Source of the DNA: Felis catus | Lineage: Eukaryota | Assembly (NCBI RefSeq): GCF_018350175.1 | Contig: NC_058383.1 | Location: forward strand, 12,774,001-12,838,000 | Length of the DNA stretch: 64,000 nt | Direction: 5' to 3' | Shown here: piece by piece, positions 13,014 through 26,335 of the stretch | Position numbering within the stretch: the stretch's first letter is position 1 | How the letters are laid out: each line of letters starts with the position of its first letter | The notes under the pieces: generated by a model | Database searches by the model: none | Seen by the model: the letters and a program-made list of their open reading frames with translations, nothing else | Told to the model about the DNA's origin: nothing | Program-made: the position numbers and the translations under genes

Positions 13014-13521
13014 TGTGATGGTTAATTTTATGTGTCACTTTGACCAGAGTATGGAGTACCCAGATATTTGGCTAAACAGGATTCCTGCTAAGTCTGTTAA
13101 GGTGTTTCCAGAAGAGATTAGCATTTGAATTAAACTGAGTGAAGCAGATGGCCCTCCCCACTGTGGGTGGCACCATCCAATCCCTTGGGGGCCTGAAAAG
13201 AACAAAAAGCCAGAGGAAGGGAGAATTCGCCCTCTGCCTGACTGCTAAACCTGAACATTGGTTTTCTCCTGCCCTTGGACTAGGACTTACACCCCTAGTT
13301 CTCAGACCTTCAGACTTGGACTAGAATTTATACCAATACTTTCCTTGTTCGCAGGCCTTTAGACTCAGACTGGAACAATACCACTGGCCTTCCTGGGCCT
13401 CGCGCTTATAAATGGGGGACCACTGGGACTTCTCAGCCTCCAAAATTGCATGAACCAACTCCTTATAAATAAATCTCTTTCCATAGTGGGTCGTTTTTGG
13501 TAAGCAGAACCGGGTTATACA
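13014..13521 (+). mobile_element. Solo LTR, MLT2 (ERVL) family
   Basis: Starts tgtgatggttaattttatgtgtca; internal ctcagaccttcagacttggactagaa repeats, gggacttctcagcctccaaaattgcatga, aataaatctc; ends ...ttataca (TG...CA). Confidence 0.85.
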
Positions 13522-15454
13522 TATACCTGGTCCCTTATTTAGTAGGGACATATTGCACAGATTTATGGCAATCCTAGGCCATTGCTACTCATTCTGTAAA
13601 CATAGCAGTCATTCTTCTGTTCTAGAATATAGAACTTGAGTGAGAGAGAGAGCAAGTGATTCAAATGATCTTCCCTAGAGAGCAGGGAAATGCAATTTTA
13701 TGCCCAGACCAGAGATGATTCAAAAGTTTACCAAAGTCCTGGGAACTTAAATTGTCGGCAGGGATAATATTGCTGTTCATCACTGTCTACTTATTTTCTA
13801 TTTAAAGAGTTTTATCTCTCTAGTAGAGGGGGTTGGTTTAATAGAGTGTCAGAGGAAATGTTGAGTGAATGTATTGATTGAATGTATGATGATAAATGGG
13901 GGCAACTTATCTCCTAATCTTCCTCCAGGTTTGCCTAGCTGAGGGTGAATAAAATTATTTTTAATATAGCCAAGAAGGTCTTTTCTCATTGCCTTGGGAC
14001 TGTGGTATCATACATGTGCCGGAATGACTTCTTTTCCGGAAAAAAGTAAGAATTTGTAGATTGGCACCAGGTGGAAGATATTTTCACACATGTTTCTTTA
14101 TGCCGGAATGTCAAGTTCCATCATTCAGCTAGGAACAATTAAGTTATGCTAGGATAACAGTTAAGGAAGGAAACAAAGAAATACACACACTGTTCACATA
14201 TCAAATACGACCACAGTTTACAGAGAAGACGGTCATAATACCTCAAGGAGGAAAGCAAGGATCTTCATTACCAAAAGCAAGAAAAGGTTTCTGTGGCACT
14301 GCCACACATTGAATGCAAAACAGAAGCCACCTGAAGGGACAGGAGGCATGAGACTTCAACGAAGCAAATACATTTTATGTCAGATGGCATCCTCCCAGAT
14401 GAAAGATTTCTGGAAAAAGTGATACAGAAGACAGCGTTCTTAGTATTGTGCACCACTCCCTTTTGCTTGCTTGAGGCAAATGCAGTGCTGAAAAGGTTTT
14501 TACTCTGATGCTCTAACAAGAAGTACACTTCTGTCACATCCAGAGTGACTGATAATGCTCAGGCCTACCCATTACTCCATTCAAATAATAGGGTTTACTT
14601 GCTTTTAAGGTCACTTGCACTATAATGTTGTTATTGTCCTTCTGCTCTGCAGTCTTATTTTCACAGAGGATTGGGAGAAAAAGAGAGGGGTATTGGGCAG
14701 CACTCATTCATGGGCATAAAGCCACTGTCACTCTTTCCCTGCGGTTTTAAATGTTCTTGCCCGTGACAGACATCCATGGAACAGAGGGGTCAGTGGGAAG
14801 TGAGGCTTGGGTTTTTCCAGAGGGATCCAACAGCAACAACAACAGAAATTCACTCCTGGGGATTTTTTCTTTGAGTTCAAAACCGGGTGGAAATACTTCA
14901 AGAACATTTGTATCTCAAGAAAGCTGGTGGTGCTCGAAATAAAAACACCATAGATTACAGAGTGGTAGGAGAAGGTATTTAAACCAGAATTTCACTAAAT
15001 TTCTAATTTCAAATTCCATTAAATAGTCAGCCACACCTCAAAAGCGGTCATAAAAAAGTTCATTCAAATCTGAAAACAAAGAATCACTTCTTTCTAGAGG
15101 ATGTAGTTTAATCTGTATTCTGTCCCGTCACTTTTATAGAAGGAAACACATGGCCTCAAACTTTGCTTTCTGGCTATGATAATTTCCTATTATAGGTTTG
15201 TCTTTAGTTAGTTTCCAAAAATCTCATATGCTTAAGGTTTTGGAGCCATGTAAATTTCTGTTCTATAGCTTCATTTTCACAGATTGGTAGAAAAAGAGAG
15301 ATGAACTGGGTAGCCTGAAAAAAATAAAGGCTTTTAATGAATCTGAAATAGTTTGGGAAATTCTAAATTGACTATTGTTGTTACTGTTGTTTTTGTTGAA
15401 ACAACAAAACGAGGAAGCTTAAAATAGTTTGTTGTTTTCAAATAATTTTTTTGT

Positions 15455-15551
15455 TGCTGTTAAGTAAGCTCTGTCACCAATGTGGGGCTCAAACACCTGA
15501 CCCCGAGATCAAGAGTTTCATGCTCCACTGACTGAGCCAGCCAGGTGCCCT
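15455..15551 (-). mobile_element. Short carnivore SINE
   Basis: aagtaagctctg...ccccgagatcaagag...gactgagccagccaggtgccc. Confidence 0.85.
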
Positions 15552-15692
15552 GGGAAGCCTCAGATAGTTAATAAAGCACCGGACTCCTGGGTTCTAACAC
15601 TGTGTAGCTGTGTGACATTAGGCAAGGCACCATACTTCTCTGGACCTCTATTTATTTGTAAAATGGTATCTTCGACTACAGCATCTCTAACT

Positions 15693-15822
15693 ATATAAAT
15701 GTGTGATATATATGTTATATATATGTATATATGTTATATATGTTATATATATCACACATATATATGATATATATCATATATAAATATATGTATCATATAT
15801 ATGATATATATAATTATGTATA
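15693..15822. repeat. Degenerate (TA)n / AT-rich simple repeat
   Basis: tatatgttatatatatgtatatatgttatata...atatatgatatatataattatgtata. Confidence 0.9.
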
Positions 15823-15964
15823 ATTGAATAGGAGAACTATGTTTGTCTGCAAATATACATATCTCCCGAAGCAAGGGTACATAGCAATCAATGTAGTCTC
15901 TGGAGCAATGTCCTGCTTGCCTCCTGGGCTGATTCTGCTTCCTTTGTTTAATTTTAATTTTTGA

Positions 15965-16400
15965 ATTCTAGGGTCCAATCAATGATTATCTGTTGCATTC
16001 ACTTATCCTATCTCTTGACCCTCCCTTGTTCTATAATTTCCCAACCTTTTTTGGTTTGTTTCATGATACTGACAGTTTTGAAGCGTTCAGGCCAGTTGTT
16101 TTGCAGAATGTCCCTCATTTTAGATTTGTCTCACTGTGTCAGGGTTAAACATTTTCGGAAGGCATATTATATACATATTGTTGTATCCTCAGTGTATCAC
16201 ATCAGAGGCATGTGATGTCATAACTGGTGATGCAGTGTTTGATCATTTGCTTAAGGCAGCAGTTACCAAATGTCTGCAGTGTGAAAATTCCCCTTCCCCA
16301 TAAAGTCTCGTGAGAGTGACACTGAGACTTTATGAATATCCTGTTTCCCAAAGGTTTTGGCACCCATCACCAATGGTGGCTGTAAAATGACTGTGTTTTG
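15965..16400 (-). mobile_element. Old L1 (L1MC4/5-like) 3' fragment
   Basis: ttcatgatactgacagttttgaag...ggccagttgttttgcagaatgtccctcattttagatttgtc...tcacatcagaggcatgtgatgtc. Confidence 0.6.
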
Positions 16401-16578
16401 ACAGTCCTCTATAAAGGTGAATTGGGATAACTCACAGAACTCTGGCAGAATGGAGGGAAGAATTAGTCAGTCAGTGTGGACTTGACCACAGATAAATCCT
16501 GGCATGTGTGTTTGTATTTGTGTGCAGTGAAGGTAGAGGTACAGAAACTGACATGCTGTTAGAATTTTAAGCACTATT

Positions 16579-17006
16579 GGGGCACCTGGGTGGTTCAGTT
16601 GGTTAAGCGTCCAACTTTGGTTCAGGTCACAGTCTCACAGTTGGTGAATTGCAGCCCCACATCGGGCTTTGGGCTGTCAGTGCAGAGCCTGCTTCGGATC
16701 CTCTCTCCCCATCTCTCTCTGCCCCTCCCCCAGTGGCTCTCTCTATTTCTCTCAAAATAAATACACTTCAAAAAATTATAAATTAAAAAAATTTTTTTTA
16801 ATGTTTATTTATTTTTGAGAGCGAGAGACACACAGAGCATGAGCAGAGAAGGGGCAGAGAGAGAGGGAGACACAGAATCCGAAGCAGGTTCCAGGCTCTG
16901 AGCTGTCAGCACAGAGCCCAATGTGGGGCTCGAACTCACAAGAACCATGAGATCATGACCTAGGCCAAAGTCGGATGCTTAACCAACTGAGCCATCCAGG
17001 TGCCCC
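16579..17006. mobile_element. Tail-to-tail inverted SINE pair (+16579-16776; -16793-17006)
   Basis: Plus head ggggcacctgggtggttcag; minus head ending ccaggtgcccc; outer repeat taagcactatt / aaagcagtatt. Confidence 0.93.
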
Positions 17007-17211
17007 TATAAACATTTTTTAAAGCAGTATTAAGTGAAGACTAAGGTTGGAGTCCCTAACATGGGGAATACAAGAAAAGTAAACTTTTATCAGGTGTTGA
17101 GTGGAACAAACACACTCTACTGTTTCTGTCTTTACAATTTTTCCATAGTATGAGACAAGACCTAAAGCTGGAGAAGAATGGCACATATAATACAAATAAT
17201 ACATAAAATCT

Positions 17212-17412
17212 TTCTTTTATTTTAAATGTTTATTTATTTTGAGAGAGACAGTGGGGGAAGGGTAGAGTGAGGGGGGGAGAGAGAATCCCTAGCAGGCTCC
17301 ACACTGTCAGCACAGAGCCTGATGTGGGGCTTAAATTCACAAACTGTGAGATCATGACCTGAACCAAAATCAAGCGTTGGATGCTTAACTGACTTAAGCC
17401 ACTCAAGCGCTC
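17212..17412 (-). mobile_element. SINEC
   Basis: aaatgtttatttattttgagag...gcaggctccacactgtcagcacagagcc...tgagatcatgacctga. Confidence 0.9.
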
Positions 17413-17553
17413 CTCCTTCTTACTTTTTATGGTGAGTTACCTCTTCCTTCTTTATTTTCTCCACCTTATTTTGGTCCCATTATATATTTGGTTGTAATAT
17501 CACCTTATTTCTGTTACGTCACATTAAGTTATTATTAATAAGAAATGCAATTA

Positions 17554-17763
17554 GGGGCACCTGGGTGGCTTAGTCAGTTAAGTGTCTGCCTTCAGCTCAG
17601 GTCATGATCTCACAGTTGGTGGGTTCAAGTCCAGTGTCCGGCTCTCTGCTCTCAGCACAGAGCCCTCTTGAGATCTTCTGTCTTCCTCTCTCTCTGTCCC
17701 TCTCCCAATTGTGCGTGCTCTCTCTCTCTCTCTCAAAAAAGAAATAAACATTAACAAAATTTT
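17554..17763 (+). mobile_element. SINEC
   Basis: ggggcacctgggtggcttagtcag head; repeat aaatgcaatta / aaatgtaatta on both sides. Confidence 0.92.
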
Positions 17764-19136
17764 AAAAATGTAATTAGAAATTAATAACATAGAAGCAAAA
17801 GTTGGCAATAGATTTCACAGGTCAGGAAGTGCTTGATTCCATGTGATCAAACCAAACTAACAAAGAATCTGAGCATGCCTCTGTTTTTATCATGAAGAAA
17901 TGTACCGCAATGTGTTTCTATTTGTTTTCTTCACGTTTCTCTGATTCGTGGCACTTATTTTCAACAAAAGCAGAATTCTATACTAATGTGTAAGACTAGT
18001 TATTAATGGCAGAGAGAACAAAACAAATATTGCAATAAAGAGAAAACATTCTGCATTGAGGAGCAAAAATAAATAATAATGGCAATAACCATGATGATGA
18101 TCAAGAATGTTAATGAGCTTTGATAAAAGATCCTGGAAAGCAAGGTATTCTAATAAGAGTACAATACTGGAACAGAGAGCATGGAAGGTGAGTTGTGCAG
18201 GAAATTACATCTGAAGTGGCAAGACCAATCTGGCGTAGGAAATGAAGAAGTAAGACCATGGAACAATACATCCCATGTATTCAAGCAATAGACGTAACGA
18301 AGTCAGAGCAAAGATTTTTTTGCTCTGCAGAATTATACTAACATATGTCTTCTTTCTTATCTTTGTGTTTCTCTAATTTATCAGATGATTCGAACTCAAA
18401 GCAGGCAGAACAATGTTTTACTATGATGTCAGTGTTTTAGGAAAAAGAGCCAGAAATCTGAAAAGTAAGCTTTTTGCAAATACAAAGATGTCATTGTTGC
18501 TGCTGTTGGGCTTCTAGAATAACTGTATGATTGTTAATTATGAAAATAGATAATAATAGTGGATACAATTTGTCTTTGAATAGGAGTGCTATGCCACTAA
18601 AACATGCACAATAGAGATTATAGGAACAATCAACAAAGTGCAGGATATTAGAAAGACTTACTTTTAAGCTGCAATATAGCTAAAATATACTGTTAAGAAC
18701 CCAAAAATATCTCATGAATGAATATTAAAATAGTCATATTTTATTGGTTTTGTATAAAACTACCTACAAGTGGGAGAACCTTTTCAAGCCCTTTTTAAAA
18801 AATACTTTTGCAATTTGCTGGAGCAGTGATTTCCTTTCTTTTTTTCTTTGAGCTACAGTGGCTAATCTGATTTTGGTGTTTCAGTAATTATGCCAATTAA
18901 TGTGTGCTGAGAGTAATTTCATTTGTTGAAATGGATACCAGGTGAATATGTAATTAGTAGAAGGTTGTCTCTTTAAGATTTTGTGTGCAATTTTACATTA
19001 GCCACGATAGGGAAGAGTAGAGTCAAATATAAATAATTTCTAGTTAGTGATCAAAACAATATCCAGTTTATATCCTGACAATTGAAATTAAATTCTGATT
19101 TCTTCCTACCTCCTCCTACCAATCAAAGACACACTG

Positions 19137-19244
19137 TAGGGTGAACAACTGTCCCAGTTCATGGAAAATGGTCCAAGTTTTGGCACTGAATGTCCTCTAT
19201 CTTGAGAAACTCTTTGATTCTGGGCAAGCCAGGTCAGTCACCTC
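19137..19244. mobile_element. MER81-like hAT-Blackjack MITE
   Basis: tagggtgaacaactgtcccag...ttttggcactgaatgtcc...ctgggcaagccagg...gtcacc, with degenerate terminal inverted repeats. Confidence 0.65.
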
Positions 19245-19825
19245 ATATCCACATCTTATTTGAAAAGAGATATGATACTCACAAAGTTTTATTTATAATA
19301 AAATTTAACATATAGAAAAGCAATTTAAAAAGAAATTTCCATCTATATTACTACTAAAATAAAGCAACAGTATATGTTGTTGTGTTCCTTCTAAACTTTA
19401 TACAGACTATATAACAGTTCTAAAAACAATTGTTGTCACAAGGTGTGTGCAATTCTATGTTATTAGTTAATAAAATCGATATCCTTACAATATGGATTTT
19501 AATAAATTCATAAAATTCCATGTTATAAAGTACTTAAATATAGGACATTTCATTTGTTTCATTGCAGGACATTTGTTGTTTTTATTTTTTTCTCCCCTAT
19601 TATAAATGATAATGCTGTAAATATCTTTGTGTATGTAATATTCATTTTTTAAATTAAAGAAATAAAACCTATGGTAAAATTATATTGACAACATATAAAC
19701 AGTTTAAAATATCAATATTTTCTTCTAATAACTAGTTTCTTATCAATTACCCTGCTACTTAAGTAACTGTTTCATGAAAAATCCTGGTAATATGAGCCCA
19801 TCCTAGAAACTGGGTGACATTCTTT

Positions 19826-20041
19826 TTTTTTTTTTTTTCAACGTTTATTTATTTTTGGGACAGAGAGAGACAGAGCATGAACGGGGGAGGGGCAGAGAGA
19901 GAAGGAGACACAGAATCGGAAACAGGCTCCAGGCTCCGAGCCATCAGCCCAGAGCCTGACGCGGGGCTCGAACTCCAGGACCGCGGGATCGTGACCTGGC
20001 TGAAGTCGGACGCTTAACCGACTGCGCCACCCAGGCGCCCC
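19826..20041 (-). mobile_element. Young SINEC_Fc-type SINE
   Basis: CpGs intact, pure poly-T tail; TSD gggtgacattcttt 19812-19825 / 20043-20056. Confidence 0.96.
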
Positions 20042-21233
20042 GGGGTGACATTCTTTATTTGAATAGTTGAAACAGTATGTTTATTTGTTTGTTCTAAATA
20101 TCAAGAAATTTTTATCATACACGAAGATTTTCCTTTTTTTAGGATCTTTCAAAAGGAAAAAGGCACTTGAAAAAAAAATGAGATCACTGATAATCATACT
20201 TCATAGGAAACTCTCCTGTGTTCCAAAATTGAGAGAGGCACTGAGAAGTTCAGAAATGCTACCAACTCATTTTTAAACACAGATGCTTGGTAGGAGTCCA
20301 TTTTAATACTAAGTATGGCCAAATCAACTGTCCTTTGAGGCTTCATTTTAGGATTTCTGAAGTAGATACATGAAAATCCAAAAATTCAAGTCTTCATCTG
20401 TACTGCAAGACACAACAGCCCAAGACTACAAAATCTAAACTCAAATATGGGAAGGATAAATCATCAAACCACTTAAATTTATTGATTACCTGCTACTTCC
20501 TACCCAGTCCCTATCCTATAGAGTTTACCAAGTGATAAGAAAAAGTCACAGGATGTGTATATAATAACGAAATAATAAAAGAATAAGTTCTATAACAGTG
20601 TTGTAAGAAAAGGAGGTCCTGTCTCCTTGTGCACCTGTGTTATTTACGATGACAAAAAAACTACAAGGCACTTGTAACATCATTCTAGACATGTCTCTCA
20701 GGCAAGAGAAACAAAAGCAAAAATAAACTATTGGGACCCCATCAAAATTAAAAGCTTCTGCACAGCAAAAACAAAAAAAAAAAACAAAAAAAAACAAAAA
20801 AAAAAACAACCAACAAAACTAAAAGACAACCTCCTGAAGGGAGAAGATATTTGCAAATGACATATCCGATTAAAGGGTTAGTATCCAAAATGTATAAAGA
20901 ACTTCCACAACTCAACACCCAAAAACCAAATAATCCAATTAAAAAAATGGTCAGAAGACATAAACAGACATTTCTTCAAAAACAACCAGATGGCCCACAG
21001 ATACATGAAAAGATGTTCAACATCACTCATCATCAGGGAAATGCAAATCAGAACAACAATGAGATATTACCTCATACCTGTCAGAATGGCTAAAATCAAA
21101 AGCTCAAGGAACAATGGGTATTGGCAAGGAAGTAGAGAAAAAGGAACCCTTGTGCACTGTTGGTGGGAACAAAACTGGTGCAGCTACCGTGGAAGACAAA
21201 ATGGAACACAAAAAATTAAAAACAGAACTACCC

Positions 21234-21446
21234 GGGGTGCCTGGGTGGCTCAGTTGGTTAAGCGGCCGACTTCGGCTCAAGTCATGATCTCACGGTCCGT
21301 GAGTTCGAGCCCCGCGTCGGGCTCTGTGCTGACGGCTCAGAGCCTGGAGCCTGTTTCGGATTCTGTGTCTCCCTCTCTCTGACCCTCCCCTGTTCATTCT
21401 CTGTCTCTCCCTGTCTCAAAAATAAAGAAAACGTTAAAAAAAAAAT
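21234..21446 (+). mobile_element. SINEC inserted in L1
   Basis: TSD ttaaaaacagaactaccc 21216-21233 / 21447-21464. Confidence 0.95.
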
Positions 21447-21708
21447 TTAAAAACAGAACTACCCTATGATCCAGTTATTGCACTACTGGGTATTTACTCA
21501 AAGAATTCAAAAACACTAATTCAAAGAGATATAAGCACCCCTATGTTTACTGCAGCATTATTTACAAGAGCCAACTTAGGGGAGCAGCCCAGGTGTCCAC
21601 TGATAGAGGAATGGAAAAAGAAGATGTGGAATATTAGTCAGCCATTAAAAAGAATGAAATCTTACCATTTTTAGTGACCTGGATGGATCTAGAGTATATA
21701 ACTCTAAA

Positions 21709-21924
21709 TTTTTTTTTTCAACGTTTATTTATTTTTGGGACAGAGAGAGACAGAGCATGAACGGGGGAGGGGCAGAGAGAGAGGGAGACACAGAATCGGA
21801 AACAGGCTCCAGGCTCTGAGCCATCATCAGCCCAGAGCCCGATGCGGGGCTCGAACTCCTGGACCGCGAGATCGTGACCTGGCTGAAGTCGGACGCTTAA
21901 CCGACTGCACCACCCAGGCGCCCC
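21709..21924 (-). mobile_element. Young SINEC_Fc-type SINE inserted in L1
   Basis: TSD agtatataactctaa 21693-21707 / 21929-21943. Confidence 0.95.
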
Positions 21925-22057
21925 ATACAGTATATAACTCTAAGTGAAATAAGTCAGTCAGAGAAAAAGACAAATATCACATGATTTCCTCATATGTGGA
22001 ATTTAAGAAACAAAACAACCAAAGGAGAAAAAAAGAGACAAAACAGAAAACAGACTT

Positions 22058-22295
22058 AAATACTTTATTTTTTAGAGAGAGAGAAAGAGACAGAATATGA
22101 GCGGGGGGAGGGGCAGAGAGAGAGGGAGACACAGAATCCGAAGCAGGCTCTAGGCTCTGAGCTGTCAGCACAGAGCCTGACATGGGGCTCAGGCCCAGGA
22201 ACCATGAGATAATGACCCGAGTCAAAGTCAGACACTTAAACAACTGAGCCAACCCAGGCGCCCCTCTTTTTTTTTGTTGTTTATTTATTTATTTT

Positions 22296-22340
<45 letters not shown>

Positions 22341-22521
22341 GAGACAGAGAGAACACAAGTAGGGAAAAGGCAGAGATAGACATACACACACAGAATCAAA
22401 AGCAGGCTCCACGCTCTGAGCTGTCAGCACAGAGCCTGATGTGGGGCTCGAAGTCAGGAACTATGAGATCATAACCTGAGCTGAAGTCAGATGCTTAGCC
22501 AACTGAGCCACCCAGGCACCC
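22058..22521 (-). mobile_element. Two tandem antisense SINECs (22058-22264, 22266-22521)
   Basis: Two reverse-complement SINE bodies; the second has an expanded (GA)n(GACA)n linker. Confidence 0.93.
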
Positions 22522-22947
22522 TGGAAATGTTCTATTTCTTAAGCTACTGAGAGAGTGCATGATTGTTCACTATATTAATCTGAAATCTATAATAATATTT
22601 AAAATATACAGAAATTAAAACACCATGTAAGTAGAGAAGAGACTTAATTCTGAATGGAAGTAGTGATTGGAGTAAGTTCTTTGGATGAGTTGGTTTTGAT
22701 GGATAAATGGCTCTTGATGGGTAAGGAGATATTCAGTGAGTTCGGATGGCAGGAAAGAGATTCTGGGCTGATGCACTAGCATGGGCAATGGCATGCAAGA
22801 GCTTAGCTCTTCTAGGCAAGAGCTTAGCTTAGGATACGTAGAAATATGCTGTAGGAAAGGACATTGATGACATAACTGGGACCAGACCACAAAAGGCCTT
22901 GAACACAGAAATGTAAAATAACTGTTATGTTCTATTTTATTACTTGT

Positions 22948-23056
22948 ATTTTTTTTTTAAGTTTTATTTAAGTGATCTCTACACCCACAGGGCTCGAACT
23001 CATGACCCTGAGATCAAGAGTTACACACTCATCTGACTGAGCCAGCCAGACACCCC
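22948..23056 (-). mobile_element. Short carnivore SINE
   Basis: aagtgatctctacacc...gaccctgagatcaagag...gactgagccagccagacacccc. Confidence 0.85.
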
Positions 23057-23223
23057 GATAATTATTATGTTTTATAAATAGAAGGTTGCAATTAGGTCTG
23101 GGCTATAATTTATTATATTCTTCATGCAATTCCAAAGGATTGATAATTTTTCAACCAGGATGTTCTCTATTCTGAATCTGGTCATTTTAGATCTTCATTG
23201 TTCTTCAAATAAAAATGAAAACA

Positions 23224-23520
23224 GGGTGCCTAGGTGGCTCAGTCGTTAGAGCATCTGACTCTTGATCTCAGGGTCGTGAGTTCAAGCCCCATGACTTGGG
23301 TGTGGAGTCTACTTAAAAAAAGGAAAACACGGGGTGCCTGGGTGGCTCGGTTGGGTAAGCTCAGGTCATGATCTCACAGTTCATGAGTTCAAGTCCTGCA
23401 TTGGGCTCTGCTCTGATGGCATGAGACTGCTTGGGATTCTGTCTCTCCTTCTCTCTGCCCCTCACTTGCTCATGCCCTCTCTTTTTCTCTCTCAAAATAA
23501 ATAAGTAAACTTAAAAAAAA
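23224..23520 (+). mobile_element. Two adjacent SINEs (23224-23320 short; 23331-23520)
   Basis: Heads gggtgcctaggtggctcag and ggggtgcctgggtggctcgg; shared aaaaa(t/g)gaaaaca flanks. Confidence 0.9.
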
Positions 23521-23645
23521 TGAAAACAAAAAAATCACAATTCATCACAAGTCATCTACCAAATCCAATATAGAAATTGTTCCTCAGGGTTATGATTTGT
23601 AATAAATACAGAGATCTTCCATTAGTACCTTTAAAAAGTCATTTA

Positions 23646-23860
23646 GGGGCGCCTTGGTGGCTCAGTTGGTTAAGCGTCTGACTCTTGATTTCGGCTCAGG
23701 TCATGATCCTATGGTTTGTGAGTCTGAGCCTCATGTCAGGCTTGGGGCTGACTGTGCAGAGCCTGCTTGGGATTCTCTCTCTCTCTGTTTCTCTCTCTGC
23801 CCCTCCCCTGCTTATGCACTCTCTCTCTCTCTCAAAATAAATAAGTAAACATTGAAAAAA
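23646..23860 (+). mobile_element. SINEC
   Basis: ggggcgccttggtggctcag head, CT linker, aaaataaataagtaaac tail. Confidence 0.93.
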
Positions 23861-24008
23861 TTTTTTACATTCATTTAAAGTTTTTTCTTGTGATTATCCA
23901 TCAATTTCCCCAACTGACCATGTCAAGTAGAGCCATTGCCCTGAAAAGGGACAGGAAGACTGATTAATTTTGTGAAAATCTACCGTTCATTAAAATTTGT
24001 CAGAACTA

Positions 24009-24207
24009 GGGCACCTGGATGGCTTAGTCGGTTGAGGGTCTGACTTTGGCTGAGGTCATGATCTCATGGTTTGTGAGTTCAAGCCCCACATTGGGCTCCC
24101 TGCTGTCAGCCTGTCAGTGCAGAGCCTGCTTTGGATGCTCTGTCTCTCTCTCTCTCTGCCACTCCCCCTCTTGAGCTCTCCCCAAAATAAATAAATGTTA
24201 AAAAAAG
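24009..24207 (+). mobile_element. SINEC
   Basis: ggggcacctggatggcttag head; repeat ttgtcagaacta on both sides. Confidence 0.93.
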
Positions 24208-25319
24208 TTGTCAGAACTACCTTTTCATAAGATCATCATTTGGTTACCAGCAGATATCTTTCATTGGCTTCACACGGCAATGTCTGAAGACTATGGGTTG
24301 ATCGATGTGTCATTCATCACAGGCACCTGTAGAGAGGACCAATGTTTACTGTACAACATTATGGAAAGCAGCACAACATTCAGCAAGTTGAACCACACAT
24401 TTCATCCCCTCACTGTTTTTGAACATTAAAACTGCAGTTTGAAAAACAACTTCCAATGCAGAAAAAAAATTAAAACAGCAGGTGATAATTAGGGCAAACT
24501 TACAACAATGTTCTCGCTGATGGGCTGTCAGTTAATGCAAGCTATCACTTCTCCCCAGGAATACTTATTACTAAAAACAACTTATGAGGGTTAAAGAAGG
24601 GATAGTAAATGTGTTATTCTCCTTGTTTGCTCATTTGGAAATGGCATAAAGATAGATCCATTAACCAGCTCTGTACCTTGTCTCAGGGCAGATTCACATG
24701 CAAAATAACTGAAAGTTATAAACGACCAAAACATAAACCTTAAGCTGCCTTGAGTTAAAAATCAATCTTCCTAATAAATTAAATTCAAATATTATGTACT
24801 AGTATGCAATATCAAGAAGGATGTATTCATAATTGCCGTGCTGGCAGAGTGCAAAGTGCAAGACATCAGAGGGATATAAAAATTTAGTAATTTAGAAAAT
24901 CCGGTACCAAAAATATCTCTCGCTGCACGGAATGCTCAGAGTTTAGTTCAGTCATCAAGCTAGAATAGTATTCTCTGACTAGTCAAGGTTGAATGTTCAA
25001 GATATAGTTTGAGTATTAATCATTGTTTCAAATAAAAGATTGCACAACTGGAGAGGCTCTCGTGCGTTAAGTATTTTATTCCGGAACACACATGTAAGTT
25101 TTTCCCTTTGTGTTTTCCAGAACCACTTGAGTGTCTTCCCTACTAAACAAGCAACCTCTTATGGAATTATTTCTTTAGCTTTCCTCTTTTATCAACTACA
25201 ATCTTTTGGCAAAGAATTCACCTAAGCTTTTGCTGATATGAATCATGAGCTCATTCAAACTGCCCATTACAAGTTTAAAGCTTTATCTTTCATTCTGCCC
25301 AGTAAGAAATCTGATGATA

Positions 25320-26080
25320 CATTATGGTTTATTTTCATTTACTATACAGTGTTCCATTGTGTGTTCACACTGTGTAGTATTGTGTGAATAAACCATCGCT
25401 TGTTTATCCATTTTACTGTTGATGAGCATTTGGATAGTGTCATTAATGCACGAAAAAATATTCTCTAAATACTTCTATGTATACAAGCAATACCCCCCAC
25501 ACTTACCCATAGCATTTTATATTTTTTGAAGTATAGTATATGTACAGAGAAGTGCATATATCATAGTACAGCTTGATGGTTTTTTACAGATCGAACACAT
25601 GTGCAACCAGCACCAAGCCCAAGAAACAGAACATGATCAACTCCTCAGAAGCCCTATATATGCCCCGTCCCAGTCATTAGACCCCCTTCAAAGGTAACCA
25701 CTGTCCTAACTTTTATAGCATAAATGAGTTCTGCCTGTTGTTGCACAACACATACTCTTGTGCGTCTTCTTTCACTCAGCATTATATTTATGAGCTGCAT
25801 GTATGTTACTGCATTTGGAAGTAAATTGTTCATTCTCAGTGATGTACGGTATTCTATTATGTCAATACATCACCAATTATTTACCTATTTTACTGCCAGT
25901 GAACATTTGGGTCGTTTCCAGTTTGGGGGTTACTATAACGCTCTGAGCTGTTGAATAGATATGTTTTGATACATACATTTGACATGGGTATACTCCAAGG
26001 AAAGGAATTAGTGGGCCATACAGTGTTCATATGCTCAACTTGAGTAGATATTGCCAGTTTTCCAAAGAACTATATACACA
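25320..26080 (-). mobile_element. Old L1 (L1ME/L1MC-like) 3' fragments
   Basis: tttatccattttactgttgatgagcatttgg; cttctttcactcagcattatattt; gaacatttgggtcgtttccagtttgggg; agatattgccagttttccaaag. Confidence 0.7.
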
Positions 26081-26129
26081 GCATTTGATTTCTTGAAGAA
26101 TCATTCTGAGGAAGGCATTTCAGCATAAC

Positions 26130-26335
26130 CATTTAGAGAACAGGTTATGGAGTCACCCACACCAGATTCAGCTTACCATGAAAAAGCTCTGCTACCTATG
26201 CTTACCCTTCTTAAGCCTCAATGTACTCAACTGTAAAATAGGTATAGCAAAACCTTTCTCAAAATTCGTGAGAATTAAATGAGATATTATAACTTAGAAC
26301 AGTGCCTGGCACACAGTAAGCACTTAGCTTATTAT
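26130..26335 (+). mobile_element. MIR
   Basis: aagcctcaatgtactcaactgtaaaatagg...gagaattaaatgagata...cttagaacagtgcctggcacacagtaagcact. Confidence 0.8.

Larger units (their letters stand above)
20680..22055 (+). mobile_element. L1 ORF2 C-terminus / 3' UTR fragment interrupted by two SINEs
   Basis: atcaaaattaaaagcttctgcacagcaa (IKIKSFCTA); [37 protein letters not shown] and TLVHCWWE in ORF 20990-21382; frameshifted. Confidence 0.92.
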
